From positions 4,158,110 to 4,222,109 of the forward strand of contig CM082584.2 in assembly GCA_040954595.2 (NCBI GenBank): 64,000 bases of DNA. The letters are read 5' to 3'. The translations under genes were made by a program, and so were the position numbers. The first letter of the stretch is position 1, and each line of letters opens with the position of its first letter. Shown piece after piece: positions 1 through 14,500 of this stretch. The notes under the pieces were generated by a model. The model was not told where the DNA came from. It made no database searches and saw only the letters and a list, made by a program, of their open reading frames with translations. The DNA is from Balanoglossus misakiensis (lineage: Eukaryota; Animalia; Hemichordata).

Positions 1-1253
1 CAAAATCTACATATAGACACATTCTAATGTGACTCTCACTCAGACAGAAACGACTTGCGCACGTACCTATAAAATTGTTGTAATGTTGATGAAAGGGATA
101 TCGACATGTTTTATTATAAACACATCCATTCGCAAGTAATTGTGTGACTGTCACAACGTGACGCGCCATTGAAACTGGTAGTATAAGTCGAGTGTGCGAT
201 GTCGTTTTAGAATACACAACTATAAGCATGTGTAATTCGAATGATCAACCTGCAATCCATTGATTGACACCTAATGGCCATTCCGGTTCCCCAAAGTGGC
301 TACAAATATTGCAGTGGCATAATTTAATCCAGTAAACGTTTATAAATCCAAGTTGCATCCAACCCATCCCTCATTGAATATCTTCGATTCTGCATCTGTC
401 CATCGCGATAAATTGGTGGAAAATAGCGAACATAAACGTTTCACATGTGACAATTAAAGCTTAACCAAATACCAATTGCCTCTAGTAAAACCTAAATGTA
501 TAGTTTTGAACGAAACCATGCAGCTTTCGTTCATAGCACACTTTCAACTCATATCGAAGCCATGGATATCATGGGTACTAGTATATTCTTCTAAAATTGT
601 TATACTTCATACTGGAACACAATTTTGAAATCCCTATAGCTACTATTATATTACTGTCATGCGCATGTTAACATGTGTTATGTATACTATTCCACGTTCA
701 CCGGGATCATACAAAATAAACAGAATATGCCACTGTTGGACCAAACAATTGACAGAATTCAGATGTAACAGATCTTGTACGTTATATCTGGTGATGGTCT
801 GGAAATTGCGATGTTGTGCAAATTATTTGAACTCATAAGATATTTGGCAGCTTCATTTGCTCAAATCTTACTTCTATGACACTCATACTGCACATTATTT
901 TAAAGTTTTCAAACGGCATTGTTCTCTTTCCAAATTATAAACATGTATAAGTCAAGAGTCTGGGTATAGTTAATGTTGTCGCATTGATGCCATCTGTAGA
1001 ATGTGATTTCTTTTCTTCTATATCCTGTTACTATAGGCAACGGTGAGATCCAATTATTAAGCGGAGTGTTTCTTCTATCACGTCACTTTTTACATTCAAC
1101 ATAACACTGAGAAGAGCACCATGCATTATATTTGTAACAAAAACTTCGTACTGTGCTGTAGTGTATATTTGACATTTCCATTTAATGTCATAATCTTTAA
1201 TCGTTAAGTCGTAGTTGAGAGTTACCAACTACAGATTTGTTTATTTTATCCAG

Positions 1254-1335
1254 GAATATTTGGAATGATCATAATTACTGGCGATCTTATGTGGCACAAG
1301 TGAAGAAAGAATTGGCTGCAAAAGGAGTGATGTAA
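1254..1335 (+). CDS. Last coding exon of nested TRIM-DTC gene, copy A (upstream exons lie before the window)
   Basis: Acceptor ttttatccag|G; reads (G)[26 protein letters not shown]. The ending matches the Deltex DTC terminal helix (Y..RV.EEL.AKG). Homologous to 31481-31556. AATAAA at ~1635. Confidence 0.8.
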
Positions 1336-2503
1336 ATGTCAAGACGCCCTCACAACGTGGTTGTAGCCACCACATGGAATGCATAATGAGAAAGACCTCA
1401 AGTGAATGTCAAGTACTCCATGACGAATAGTCATTCTCTCTCAAATTATTTGGAATTTTAGAAATATTTTATTGTATTCTACAGAATAAGATTTGGTAAA
1501 GGAAATCTAGTGTAGAATAGGATTTTGTCAAGAAAAATGTTGAAGATAAGGATTACTGTGTGTGTAGTCACGGTATATTTCAAGTACAGAATTATCGCTG
1601 ATCTGGTTCAGTTCATTTGGGATAATTGCATAGTAATAAACTTTATAAAACTCTCAGCACAGTACATGTAGCCTACACACTCGACATTTGGTCAGAAATA
1701 CCACATTATCCCAAAGTACAACAAATACTAATTGTTTTTACCCATTGATTTGTAATATAAAAGAAGTTCATTTTTCTTATACTTAGCACTCAAATCTAAT
1801 TCTTGCATATATCCAAGTTATTTTACACAGTGAATGGGGTTTTAACACATTACTACACCAAGTATAGATTTGAAAGCCATATGTTAATTTTTGCACAAAT
1901 AATTTTGAAGATTTTTTAATTCCATCAATACGAATGATATCAATTTATCACATGATAATATGGTTTCTTGAATATAGTCTAACAAGTATTTTTTTTAATC
2001 AATTATGTACATAAAATTTGTAACATGGGAAATAAATTACCAATAAAAATCAAAACTTATGGCTTTGTTACATCTGTAAATCTAATAAAGCTATTGTCTC
2101 CAAAGTTTTCATCTCAGCCACACATTCTTACAAGAGGAAAAACTCAATTGCTCAGTGATTCGTTGTATACTTTTGAAGAAATAACAAAAGTTTTAATACA
2201 TCTCTATTATGCATACACTTTTATTTTTCATCCCCTAATTTCCCAGTCGTACTTCTGCATTTAGTTAACGTCGGATCCTATGTATCTTGCGAATAATCTG
2301 TTCTGAACCTCTAGGCTAACGTATATCTAACTTTATATCAAGCTAGAAACAGAAGTGATATCCTGTTAAATAAAAACAAATGTATAATAAGGTATGGACG
2401 TTGGAGGCAGCAATCTATCCGATCATCCCTTTTTTTCCCGTACATGTTTCCAAAACTCTATCTACATGTCTACTAAGGTACTTTTCTGTTCTTATGTTTT
2501 TAG

Positions 2504-5500
2504 GAATAATGAATCAAACAAAATCAGACTTGGGCAAGAAAATGCTAAGGTAAACATGTAGTTGCAAATGTGAGAAAAAAGTCGTGAATGGTGAGAAGAT
2601 TTTTGTATTATCCAAACTTGCAAACAAACATGAACCAGTACATTACAAGTTCCCCTGGATAGTCGCAAATAAAACTGTTTGACCGTACAACTGTATTTCT
2701 CCTGGCTAGAGCCCAGGGGTCTGAACATTGAACATTTACCAGGGGAATGAGGGGTTCTCTTGTCCTAGCATCCACCTTGGTATGTTAAAAACTGTCGTGC
2801 AGTAGATTTGCTAAACTAGAACATTTTATTTAATGAGAAGTAAAAGGATTGTGTTATACATACCTGATGTATAAGATGATAAGAAAATATTAAATGGAAA
2901 AAAAAATGTTGACAAACTTCAATATTACCTACTTCTATTATCCTCATCAAATTTTTATTTCAACTGTAAAAATCAGCCGGGACTCTAAATAACAGGATAT
3001 TGCCTCATAGATTAACCCTTTCACCACTAGGGTCTGGTCCAAATCCATTGTTTTCTATGGGAAGGATGGACCTCTATAGAGGGAACTGGGGGTAAAAGGG
3101 TTAATGGAAGTGGGGCCTTTGCCTGCAGGAGCAAGGCCTCTACCAAGAGAAATACAGTAGATTAAGTTTGTTTGAACCAATATTACAATGGACAAGATAT
3201 GTTTTGACCGGACAATTTTCAACACATCCTACGGGTAAAGATAGAATTGGATAAATGACAATATTACATACAAACATACATGGAATCCAAACACCATTCA
3301 CATCTTCATCAAGTTTTCAAAACCAAGAACCCCTTCCCATTTACTATAATGCTCTGTCCCAAATTGTTTTGATTTGCTCAGGATGTGGTTTTTGAGACCT
3401 GTACAGGATATTGATCTCCTGAAGGAAAGACAAGCTGCAATCAGTTTTTTTGTCTCACCAAGAAATATTGAAGTATGCTCATCTCTACAAGACGCTCTAC
3501 GGAATATCAAGAATGTCGCTGTACGTACATTGTGTATCTACTAAGTATATTTAAGTATTTTACAATTTTGAATGACAATTTTTCAACTTCATTATAGTTC
3601 ATGCCAATTTTGTCACAAGTAAACATATACTGTATACTTACTTATAACAAATATAACTTGTGAGTAGAAGTTTTTTTTTCAAAAATACCATATATCCGCT
3701 ATTAATTTTAGATAAATTCTCTTTTGATTTGGATTTTCTTTGATAGTTTGTATTGTGTGTGTGCATTGTATGTGTTAGAGTGAAAGGTCCATTGTTTGAG
3801 GGCACTCCCTATGCTAGTGCCCTTGAATGATGGATCCTGTGTGTGGAAGAACCAAATACATTAGTTTTATCAGACGCATGTAGTATATCACAAACATGTA
3901 CTGGTAGATTATGCATTATTGTTCCTTTTTTTATTATTTCTAGAGAGTGTTGGGTCGGATGAAAACAGCTCAAGCCTCAATTGGGGACTGGCAAGCCTTA
4001 TACCAGGTAATATACCAAGCTTATCTACTGGTCAAGTAAACAGTCTTCCAATAACTAATTCCCCTTGCGTAGTAGTTGTGGTCTTGCATCTTAATTATGC
4101 TCTTAAAACATTCTGAACTAATTTCGGAATTCCCCAGTCTGAAAATAACACCTTCCCTATTTGAAAACATTCAAAAATTGATGAAGGAATAATAATTAGA
4201 GGTTTATAAAGGTGACATTAATCTTTGTTCAAGCCTATAATTTGCGCCAAGTCAATTCTCTCCAAGTTTCACACGACTTAGTAAATAAATCTACAATAGG
4301 TACGCACTTTACAGATAACTGAGATCATTAATGAAAGAGATATCTTGTCTTATATTATTTATTGCGTGTTACTTGTAGACTGCCTACAATGCAATATACA
4401 TTGGTGATATATGCAGAGCTCAGACTGTTGATGTGGCCATCTTTAAGAAGGTAAGGAAACTTTTATAAGCAATTTACATATACTGTTTTGTATTGGTTTT
4501 AGAAATGTAACAAATGAGTCTGTTAATGTGTAAGAAAGAAGTCGAGACTTTCTAAAATAGTCAGTGTTTGCCAATGTCACCTGTGATTTTTATTCCTGTA
4601 CACCTATTTCTGTGTAATTCCCAAATGGGACCACAGTGTCCTTGATGCTATGTTTTTCTGTTGATTGTTTGAAATTTGGGTTACAGGTTCCTGATAGATA
4701 TATGTGCAACTTTTATTTAATTGTAATACCTCAGGTGCATGACCTCAGGTGACCTTTGACCTACTTTTCCATATCTTGGCATCCAGAGCAGATATGCTTA
4801 TTGCTATGTTGCTATGTGCTATGTCCTCAAATGGGACCACAGTGTCCTTGACGCTATTTTCTTTATTTATGGTCAAAAAGCACTAATTGATTCAATGGAT
4901 GCAAAATGCAAACAATAGATATGCAATGCAGAGGGCCATCTGAAAGTCTTCTTTGCACCTGCACTGCAATGGTTGAGACCAGGTCACATGGTACACCAGT
5001 CACACTTGGCACTTTTTCAAAGAATGCGCTATTTTGAAGCCCTACAAATTCATTCTTTCTTTATTTTTGGTCAAAAAGCACTATTGATTCAACTGGATGC
5101 AAAATGCAAACAATAGATATGCAATGCAGTGGCCCATCTGAAAGTCTTCTTTGCACCTGCACTACGATGGTTGAGAGTTGAGACCAGGTCATAGGCCAAG
5201 AATGCACTATTTTGAAGCCCTACAAATTTATTCTTTCTGTGATTTTAGTGAAAACAGGTGACTTGTGGTTGGTGAAAAGGACTTGTTTGGGCTAATCAAC
5301 TTCCCAGGACACACACACAAAAATCATCCCTGGTACCCTTCCCCTATTAAAATATTACACACTGCAATCTGAATGACAGCTTTGTTGCATGTAACTCCAG
5401 TTTCATTACGACAGGGGGTGGCTGTTTTCTTGATATGCTCTTTGTGCTAACACATTTATTCCAAACAGAGATGCTCACAAATAGCTGCATGTCCTGACAA

Positions 5501-8500
5501 TGTGTCCTGACAATGTTATTTTCACAAGCAATATATTTACACGTAAATATAGCTGTGAATGAACAATGTATGATGTACTACATTGTTTTACGTGAATATT
5601 AATTCTCGCGTAACAGTGGCCTCTCTCCACATCGCAAAAATTTCAACTCGAAAAAATAACATGTTTTACAGTATTTACAGGCATTGTAATATTTTCCTTT
5701 TTTGTTATTTTCCCCTTTTTTTTCGACAGATAAGCAGAACATTCACTGAGGATTTACATTATATTGCCGGCCTGATTATCAAAATTGTAAGACCTGGTTA
5801 TTTTGTTTTAATGTCCTCCAGACAAACCTAGGATAGAGACATAGATTATCATAAGGCCAAAATAAAAAATATGTGCTGTTCCGATTACCCGACCTACCCT
5901 AATTTTAACCCACCGACCCTAAACTTTTTAGAGCTTCATTAACCTGTAAGTAAAAATAACGTCAAATATACAAAATTTATAAAAAATTGCGCGAACCATG
6001 ATGAAATCGCGCGCATCACGCAAGAACTATGACATCTTTCTTCTACACTAACGCTGCAAGAGAAATAAAAAAAAATGCAAAATAAAAAAATTTCCTACCT
6101 ACCTACCATATTTTCGAAAACAATGTATAATCGGAACAGTAAATATTATTTTTTTGGGCCTAATATCAATTATAATTTCTGTCCATGTACACTTCTGTTT
6201 ATCTGCAACCATTGAATAGACATCAGTGAAAAGTACAGGATAAGTACCGGGCAACAGCAATATAGTTTTCAAATATGAAACCTGTAATTGAGAATGACTT
6301 GATTTAATACATGGATATATTGGTGATGATCTAATGTCTTTACAATGGTAAAATGATAGTTTTGTTCATTTACTTAGTTATATTATAATAAGACACAGTA
6401 TACATATTTTCATGACTATCTATGGATGGGAAAAGATGCAATAAATTGATTTTTCAGTGATGAGAATTTCTGAAGTGAAGTCAAGATGTTATTTAGCTAA
6501 ATGCTTAAAGAGAAAAAAAATTCACTTGTTATTTCCAGGTGGATTTTGAAGAATCTGCTGTTCTGAACAAGTTTGTTGTGAAACCAAACGTAGACAAGGC
6601 TCTGGATGAGAGTGAGTTGACAATAGTAGATACATGTTTCAACTATTAAAGGGACAGTCTTTCTCGCTGCCCTTTTTCCATTAATTATTTTTGATACAAG
6701 ACAATGTTTATGTTATTCTACATGTGGATATATAGTGAATGAACATTCAATCACACACACCTTCCATCCCACTTGCAGACACAAAAGTGAAAAACTCGCC
6801 AAAATGAATAATAAGTTCTCTACCATTTATTCATTCTGGGCGAGTTTTTACTCTCATATCATCACACCACAGTATCAGCATGAGGTATATTATAATGTAT
6901 GATAGAACGCCATAGGTTATGCCAGTAGGTGTATAATAATATTTATTGGCAATGACTGTATTCCAGAGAAGGAAACCTACAATGGATTGCCAGATTTTAT
7001 GACCAAGATTGCCCGAGAGGAGTTGAAGAAACTTGGTGATGACATCAAGGAATGCAATGTGGTGTATTTACCTCAGCTGGGTTATCTACTGGCTATTCCA
7101 AGATCCTCAATTATGTCAGAGAAGCAAGACTTTCAAATGCCATCGCTTGAGTTTGTGGTGAGTCAACTTTGATAGTCTTGGTTCTTATAGAAAACCGTAC
7201 CGCGTAAGTAAAAGATGTCGCCGTTCCCTACATATACATCTGATTTTAATCAGATTGGGTTCTACCACAGTATAGGACATTGATAACATTATGATTTTAT
7301 TATGATTTGTTGTTTTAACTGTTTAATTTTAAATGTTGCCACCAAGTCAATTAAAGGGATACAGTCACCCCCAATTTACATACGCCCATATATGTCAGAA
7401 ATGGCGTATTTGAGTGTTTTAAAGAACATAAGGTGGCGCTTTTTTTTTTCGTGTGTGCCACCCACTGAAAATCTGTGATTGGCTAGATCTCAATTTGCCA
7501 TGGTAATTTTAGCTAAATTTACACACGTGACTGTATACCTTTAATTTTTGCAACTAACATTATAACAAATTTCATACAAATTTACAAACCTGTTCTATCT
7601 GTTTGCTGGAATCATTTTTTTTTCTAAACTCACTGTAATAGTTATTTATTGTTTCCTCACTTGCAACCAAAATATAGTTCTTCTCTTTCCATTATGCATT
7701 TTAGCCATTGTTTTGTTGCTAGCTGTATAAAGCACAGTATTGAACTATTTTTCCACTTAGACTTATTCTGAACATCTTTGCATGGCTCATATTTAGAGAA
7801 TTTGACCTACATAGGTATGGCACAGCTGGGCAGTTTGAATCCCCTTAAAATGCACCAAATCTCACTGTTTTGCACTGTTTTGATTGGCTAGTTAAATAAT
7901 AACACATGATAGCGAGGGCAATATCACGATTTGAAGCCTGCACGAGGGATGGTGATCTCTGACCATAATATTGATGATACCCTCGCCTGCGGCTCGGGCA
8001 TCATCAATATTATGGTCAGAGATCACCATCCCTCGTGCAGGCTTCAAATCGTGATGTTGCCCGAGCATAATGTGTTATTAATTTTATTACGCCGAACATT
8101 TGAACGTACATACACTGCAGCATGTAGCATGTAGACTCGCGTCCATATGTCGTACGTTGCTGAGAATGTAAAATGTCTCGATCTCCCAAGAATTATACGA
8201 TACCTACTTCGAACTTAGATTATTTTGAAAATACTGCGCTGTTGGTTGCGATTTTGGTGTATTTACTGCCCGTTTGCAGTAAAATATCATCCAGTTGAAC
8301 AGGTGTTAAGCCTGTGTGTCGCTTTGAAGCCATATAGATGCGGGAGTTGACTGATCGTGAAGGAAGCCATTGAACGACAGTTTGGAACGCGCAGAAGTCG
8401 CGCGCAGAACACCAAAACAACCCAGCGGGCAATATCAGCGCACGCGACAGGGCTTTATCAACTCTAGCCATGTTATATCACTTTTTTTTCTATATCACGT

Positions 8501-11500
8501 GAGCGTGTCTCAGCCAATCACGAAAACGGTATAATACGTGAGGTGTAATAATCATCTATATAGGCCCCACTGAGTTGCACACGCTTTACAGGTTAACAGG
8601 TCTGGGTGCTGAAAGTTTATGCCCCATCAAACCAGTTACAGCCGGTTTGGTAAGAGAAGGGTTACATTTCCTATAACCAAATGATGTATCGGATATTATC
8701 CAAACAGTGATATTTTCCATGTTCACTTTGTAGTTCTTGTCAAATAATACGGTTCATTACAAGAGTGCCAGTACAAGAGGTGAGTAAATGTTGGACTGTT
8801 TCACACAGAGTTTAACCATTCCTGGAAAAAACTTTGAAAGTTCTTAAAATGTGAAACCTGGAAAATCTGTAAGAGTTAATAAAAATCACTGCTTGAGAAT
8901 TCCATCTATCGTGATGCCATAAACTGGAAAATGTTTTAACCGGAAGCAATGACTGGCCTTTTCAATCTGTTGATCTAACAGGGAATATGTCAATGACCTT
9001 GACTTGTTATGACGTTACTTACCAGTAACAGTTGGGGAGAAATAATGAAAAGCTGAGATGTTTATATGGCTGGCCTGAGTGGTCATATGTTTGTAACATG
9101 TTTAAAGTTCAAGCAACCCTTTGATAGTTCTATAAATTTTTGTCTGGTTCTTGGCCAATTTTACAGCGATGGAGTTCTGTTCTACCTTATATTATTGCAA
9201 ATAGCCATAATAAACACCCTATTTTTCTCCATATGTGGGATTTTTTAAAAATTGTTAATACAATGCTTTGTGTCTAGATTACATGATTATAGTTTTATTA
9301 ATCTATTTTATTTTAAATTGTTTACTTTGAATATGATGTAAAATTGATTCACTGTATTTTATGTATTATTTATGCTTGATTTACATTGTGGTTGTTTTAT
9401 TTGTTGTTTTGTTTTGTTTTGTTTTGTTTTGTTTTGTTTTGTTTTGTTTTATTTTGTTTTGTTTTGTTTTGTTTTGTTTTGTTTTTGTTTTTGTTAACTG
9501 CCATGCACAGAGTTGCCTGAAGGGGGATGATAAAGAATAATGTTATTGGTGTTTGGTGTAAACTTCAATCTTCAGAATTGGATGCAATACTGGGAGATAC
9601 TCAATGTGAAATAACAGGTAATATTATTTTACTTGAAACATTCTTATGTATTTTACTGTCCTTCTTAACAATAGCATAATGAAAAAGTGTTTTCAGATTA
9701 TGATCAAAGCTTGGTTCTCCGTGGGTTTTTTCAAAAATATCAAATAAACAAACAAACAAACAATTATTTGTTTGTTTATTATGCCAATCAATAATAACAA
9801 ACAAACACAGGAGCGCCCCCTGTGCTGAAACATGAACACAGATAGTATCTTGATAATCAAGATACCTAGTCTGATTTGTATTTAATTGAATTGAATTGTA
9901 TTGTATTGTATTGTATTGTATTGTATTGTATTGTATTGTATTGTATTGTATTGTATTGTATCGTATTGTATTGTATTGTACATGTATTTTGTTGCAGACC
10001 ATGAGACAACTATCATGCATAGACTTCAAAATACTATCTTAGAGCACAGTGAAGTCTTAAATGCAGTTCTGGAATATGCTGCTGAACTGGATTGGTAAGA
10101 TGTCAGATAAGTACAAAAAAATATTTTCAAATATTTGTACTTGTGTGAATTCAATGGGATTCATCACAAAATATGTGCATTGTACAGATGGTAATTTTGA
10201 GCTATAAAGTGGCTATTTGTAGTGTAGTAATAAAAGCCTTCTTGCAATATTTGTAAACCAGAGTCTCTCTATCAACAGAGATCATGAGTAAACTATTTAT
10301 TATAGTATGTTCGTGAACATGTATTGTTTTGTTAACAATTTAGTCAGCAGAAATTGACAGGTATAGAATATTAAAACCAACATACATATGTATTTCTTTT
10401 CAGTCTAATATCACTGGCTGTATGTGCAAAGGAATATAACTACACACAACCAGTATTAACACAAAACAATGTAATACACATCAGAGGTGGCAGACATCCA
10501 CTACAAGAACTTTGTGTCAGTCCATTTGTACCAAACGATACTCTATCTGGTGACAAAGGCAGCAAAATTAAATTCCTGACTGGTCCAAATTCAAGTGGTA
10601 AAAGTGTCTACATAAAGCAGGTAATGTACAATTCTCCCTACCTTAAATACCTAAGTGAGTGATGAAAATCTCATATGGTCGACACAATTTCAAGATGGCC
10701 GATTTTTGGCATGTTTAACAAACAGGAGTTCATAAGCTAAAGTGATGACAGGTCATTTTGAAACTTTTTAACAGAAAAAATATCAAAATGTGAAAAAAGT
10801 TTAATGAGTTAAAATGTTTGACTAAAGGAAGTCATGAAATACAGTAAACATATCATATTTCTTCTATCTCTTTAGTGGGTTGTCGACTTTTCGCCCAGAA
10901 TGCAATGTGATTTGACCCCCTAGCGCAAAGTGAATACCTATTTAAGGCAGCCAGAATTGGAAGCATAATGATATCTGTCAGAAAAAAATTGAGAAGCCCT
11001 GCGCTCCTAACCCAATCTGATTAACATCAGATGTAGAGTTAGGCGGTGTCTTTACTTTTGCTGATTCTTGGCTGTTCTGTTTGGAAGGGGGCCAAGACAG
11101 AGAACAGAATAGCCAAAACTATCGTACCAGCGCCTAACTCTGCATCTGATTTACAAGCAAAAAATAAAGAAACAACAACCACTGTGTCATGATAAACAAC
11201 GCGGTGTCTTGAATTGAGCCGCCCACTCACGCGATCGAGCAGCTGACACAAGTAGTGGCTTGTGTCAAAGTCCCATCTTACGTAGTATGTAGCTGTATAC
11301 CAGCAGATCCTTTCTATTTTTATCAAACTCTATGTACCGGGTATATGTTGTTAACAGATCTGGGTGTTGGTAACCTGTGTTGTGAGGGCTACTATGAAGT
11401 TGGAAATTTTGCACGTGTCTTTAACTTTTCATGCCATAACATAACCTACATTTTGACAGGTTGGTCTGATTGTATTTCTGGCTCATATTGGGAGTTTTGT

Positions 11501-14500
11501 ACCAGCCGAGTCTGCCCACATTTGTATGCTGGATAGAATCTTTACCAGGATTCATTCCAGGGAATCTGTCACCACTGGCCTCTCCACATTCCTCATTGAT
11601 CTCAATCAGGTGAGAATGCATGTTACAAGATATTTGGTTTTAAAGGGTGTGACGATCGTCTTATGCGCACGTGAGACTCAATGGTTACAGGAATTGTTAG
11701 TCTCGGTTACCCAGAGCCCTCTGCTTCTTCCGTTAGGCACTCCAGAAAGAGGGTCTGGGGAAACCCGGTAGACAAACCGTCAGGCGGAATCGGGACAGCT
11801 GCGATGCATGACGGGAGATTAATATTCGATATGATATTATGATATGTCGATATTAGAAAACTATTTACCGAACTTCTCTCTCTCTTTTCAATTTGTATAC
11901 AGTTTTAGCAGGTCTAGCACTTCTCAGCATGTTTTCTTTATCGTATGTCATACATGTCGGCCGTGAGGTTCGCGCGCAGGACGTCGCCATTATGGAATAT
12001 TAATCTCCCGTCATGCATCGCAGCTGTCCCGATTCCGCCTGACGGTTTGTCTACCGGGTTTCCCCAGACCCTCTTTCTGGAGTGCCTAACGGAAGAAGCA
12101 GAGGGCTCTGGGTAACCGAGACTAAGGAATTGTATACAGTCAATGCCATAATTAAGGCAGTGTTCTGTCCTGACAACAGACAAGATGGCAGAGACCATAG
12201 TCTGTGTTCGGAGACCAGGAAAAGACAGCAAATTGGGGGGGAAGAAGGGACAAAACTGAAGTCTACTGATATGATATGCATGAAATATCGAAGGAAGTGA
12301 AGGCAGTCCACTATTGCGTTGAACGCAAAATTTGCAGAACATTTGGATTGGACGTAATGTTAAAAATTGTGCACACGACATTACGCATATACGCATACGT
12401 TGATTGTCAGCCTTTAACAGTATGTATTTCCATGTATTTCTGTGTGTATATTATTTCATAAATGGATTCATTAGCCAACAGATGAAAAAGCTCAGTTGTA
12501 GAATTCATTACCCACCCACAATTCCTGGATAATATACAATGAAGAAACTTGAGAAAGTAAATTATAAACTAGCTTTGAAACAATGAAATTTTACACCAAA
12601 ATATAAAAATTCACTTGAACAATATCTGAAAACAATTGTTTCTCTAGGATGTGCATGATAATAGAAAATTATAAAAACTTTGTCTACTGTAAAATGGGTT
12701 ATTTTCGCGACAGGTAATTTTCCCGATATCAAAAGAGGCAACTTTTATGAGAGGATTAATTTTTGTGTTCTCGTATTTCACTAACTGCATCGTTATCTCT
12801 GAAAAACATTTTATGTGACTTTTTATTTACACGTTTTTTGGCTCTCCCGACGTATTTCGCGAAAATTTATTGCTCGCGAAAATAACCCCTTTTACAATAT
12901 TTTTTCATAAATTTAATTTTGTTACATTCCATTGCTGTCGTTGCTGGTTTCAAATATATAATATTTTCTTTATAGATTTGTGTGGCATTAAAGTATGCAG
13001 GTGAGCGTTCATTGGTGTTGCTGGATGAGTTTGGAAAGGGTACACAGACAATGGATGGAATAGCCTTACTATGTGGCTGTTTACAGCATTGGATAAACCA
13101 GGCCAAGAATTGTCCTCATGTCTTGGTATCTTCTCATTTCCATACCATTGTACATCAACATCTGCTGTCAAGGTCATCCATCATCCAATTTCAGGTCGGT
13201 CAATCTTTGCATCTCTGTTTTCGTGTCGCTATATTCAAACTGGGGTGTTCACATGAAATAAAATTAGAAGACATCAACTTGTGATGGCCACTAGCTCTCA
13301 TTAAAGTAGTATGCTTCGGAAATCAAAGTCAAAGACTTTTCTCATATTTTGCTGAAGTATTCTCTCTTAAAGGTTGAGAATAAAAATTAAAGGCCCACCT
13401 TGCAGAATTTTGAATGATCAGAGAACAAAATTGTCTCAAATTTGAAATTCAAAATGGCCGCACCAGTCTCTGTGTTTACTCTATGGAAAATATTTATAAT
13501 ACTGATTATTATGAAAACAAGATAGCAAACACCCTATTTTCTTCTTTATTTTCAAAAAGACTCCTCACACACTTTAGCAAATAATTAAAATGAATTGAGG
13601 ACTGTCATATTTCTGATTATCTTTCTCCAAGGCACATTCTACCTTAATTATTTTATTCCTCTCTGATAGATGATGGAAGTTTTGGAAGACAAGGATGAAT
13701 TGGTGTCCCTCTATCAATTAATTGATGGCCATAATAGCAGCAGTTATGCCCACCATGTTGCCAAAGTTGCTGGATTGCCGACCAAGATACTGGTCAGAGC
13801 ACAAGAGGTCATTTTCAATTATTCTTTATTTCATGCAGTGATCTTTAACCCTTTCACCCCCAGTTTCCACTATAGAGGTCTTACTCATACCATAGAAAAG
13901 AAGGGTTAAAAATGCAGTTTTATACTGTTCTGAGTCTGCTTAGACAAACCATGGTATGTTTGTGTGAATAGGAACATCCCTACTTTAAAGCCCCTATAGC
14001 TGTCAAATTTCAAATATTTTTTTCCACACAAAAAAACATCAAATATATTGCCTATCCTCTAAAATCTTCACCATTAACCCATATAACTTGCATTTGCATC
14101 AGTTTGTCATCTCTTGGCGATGCATACCACGATAGCTGCGTACTGTTTGTATGGAGGCTGATTAAATCGGTGTGGCACCTGTTTAATGCATAGTGTGTTC
14201 AAATTGCAACATGCAGTCACAATCAGGCATCGATAAGGTGTTCATGTATACCTATCAGGAAGCTTATTTAGATGAATCAATTTAAGTTGGAAAATAAAGT
14301 CATGAAAATAATGCAAAAAGTGGCAGCTAAGAGGCTTTAAAATATCCTTTGGTGGCGCAAGACTACAGATAACGTGATTGAAAGGCACTGTCTTGTAAAA
14401 AGAAGTATGCCGTGCAATCAATAAATCTCAATTTATTTAATACTGCTTTGTGCACACTCTAAGATTACACACACAACAGGAGTGATTTCAAGGAATGATT

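Noticed and set aside
9601-10098. ORFs with YNTIQ / YCIVL repeats
   Set aside because: Translations of the (TATTG)n microsatellite; only 9998-10094 is a real exon.
10404-13194. Assignment of the MutS ATPase exons to MSH2, MSH4 or MSH6
   Set aside because: [27 protein letters not shown] and the lack of a mismatch-binding domain I fit MSH5.
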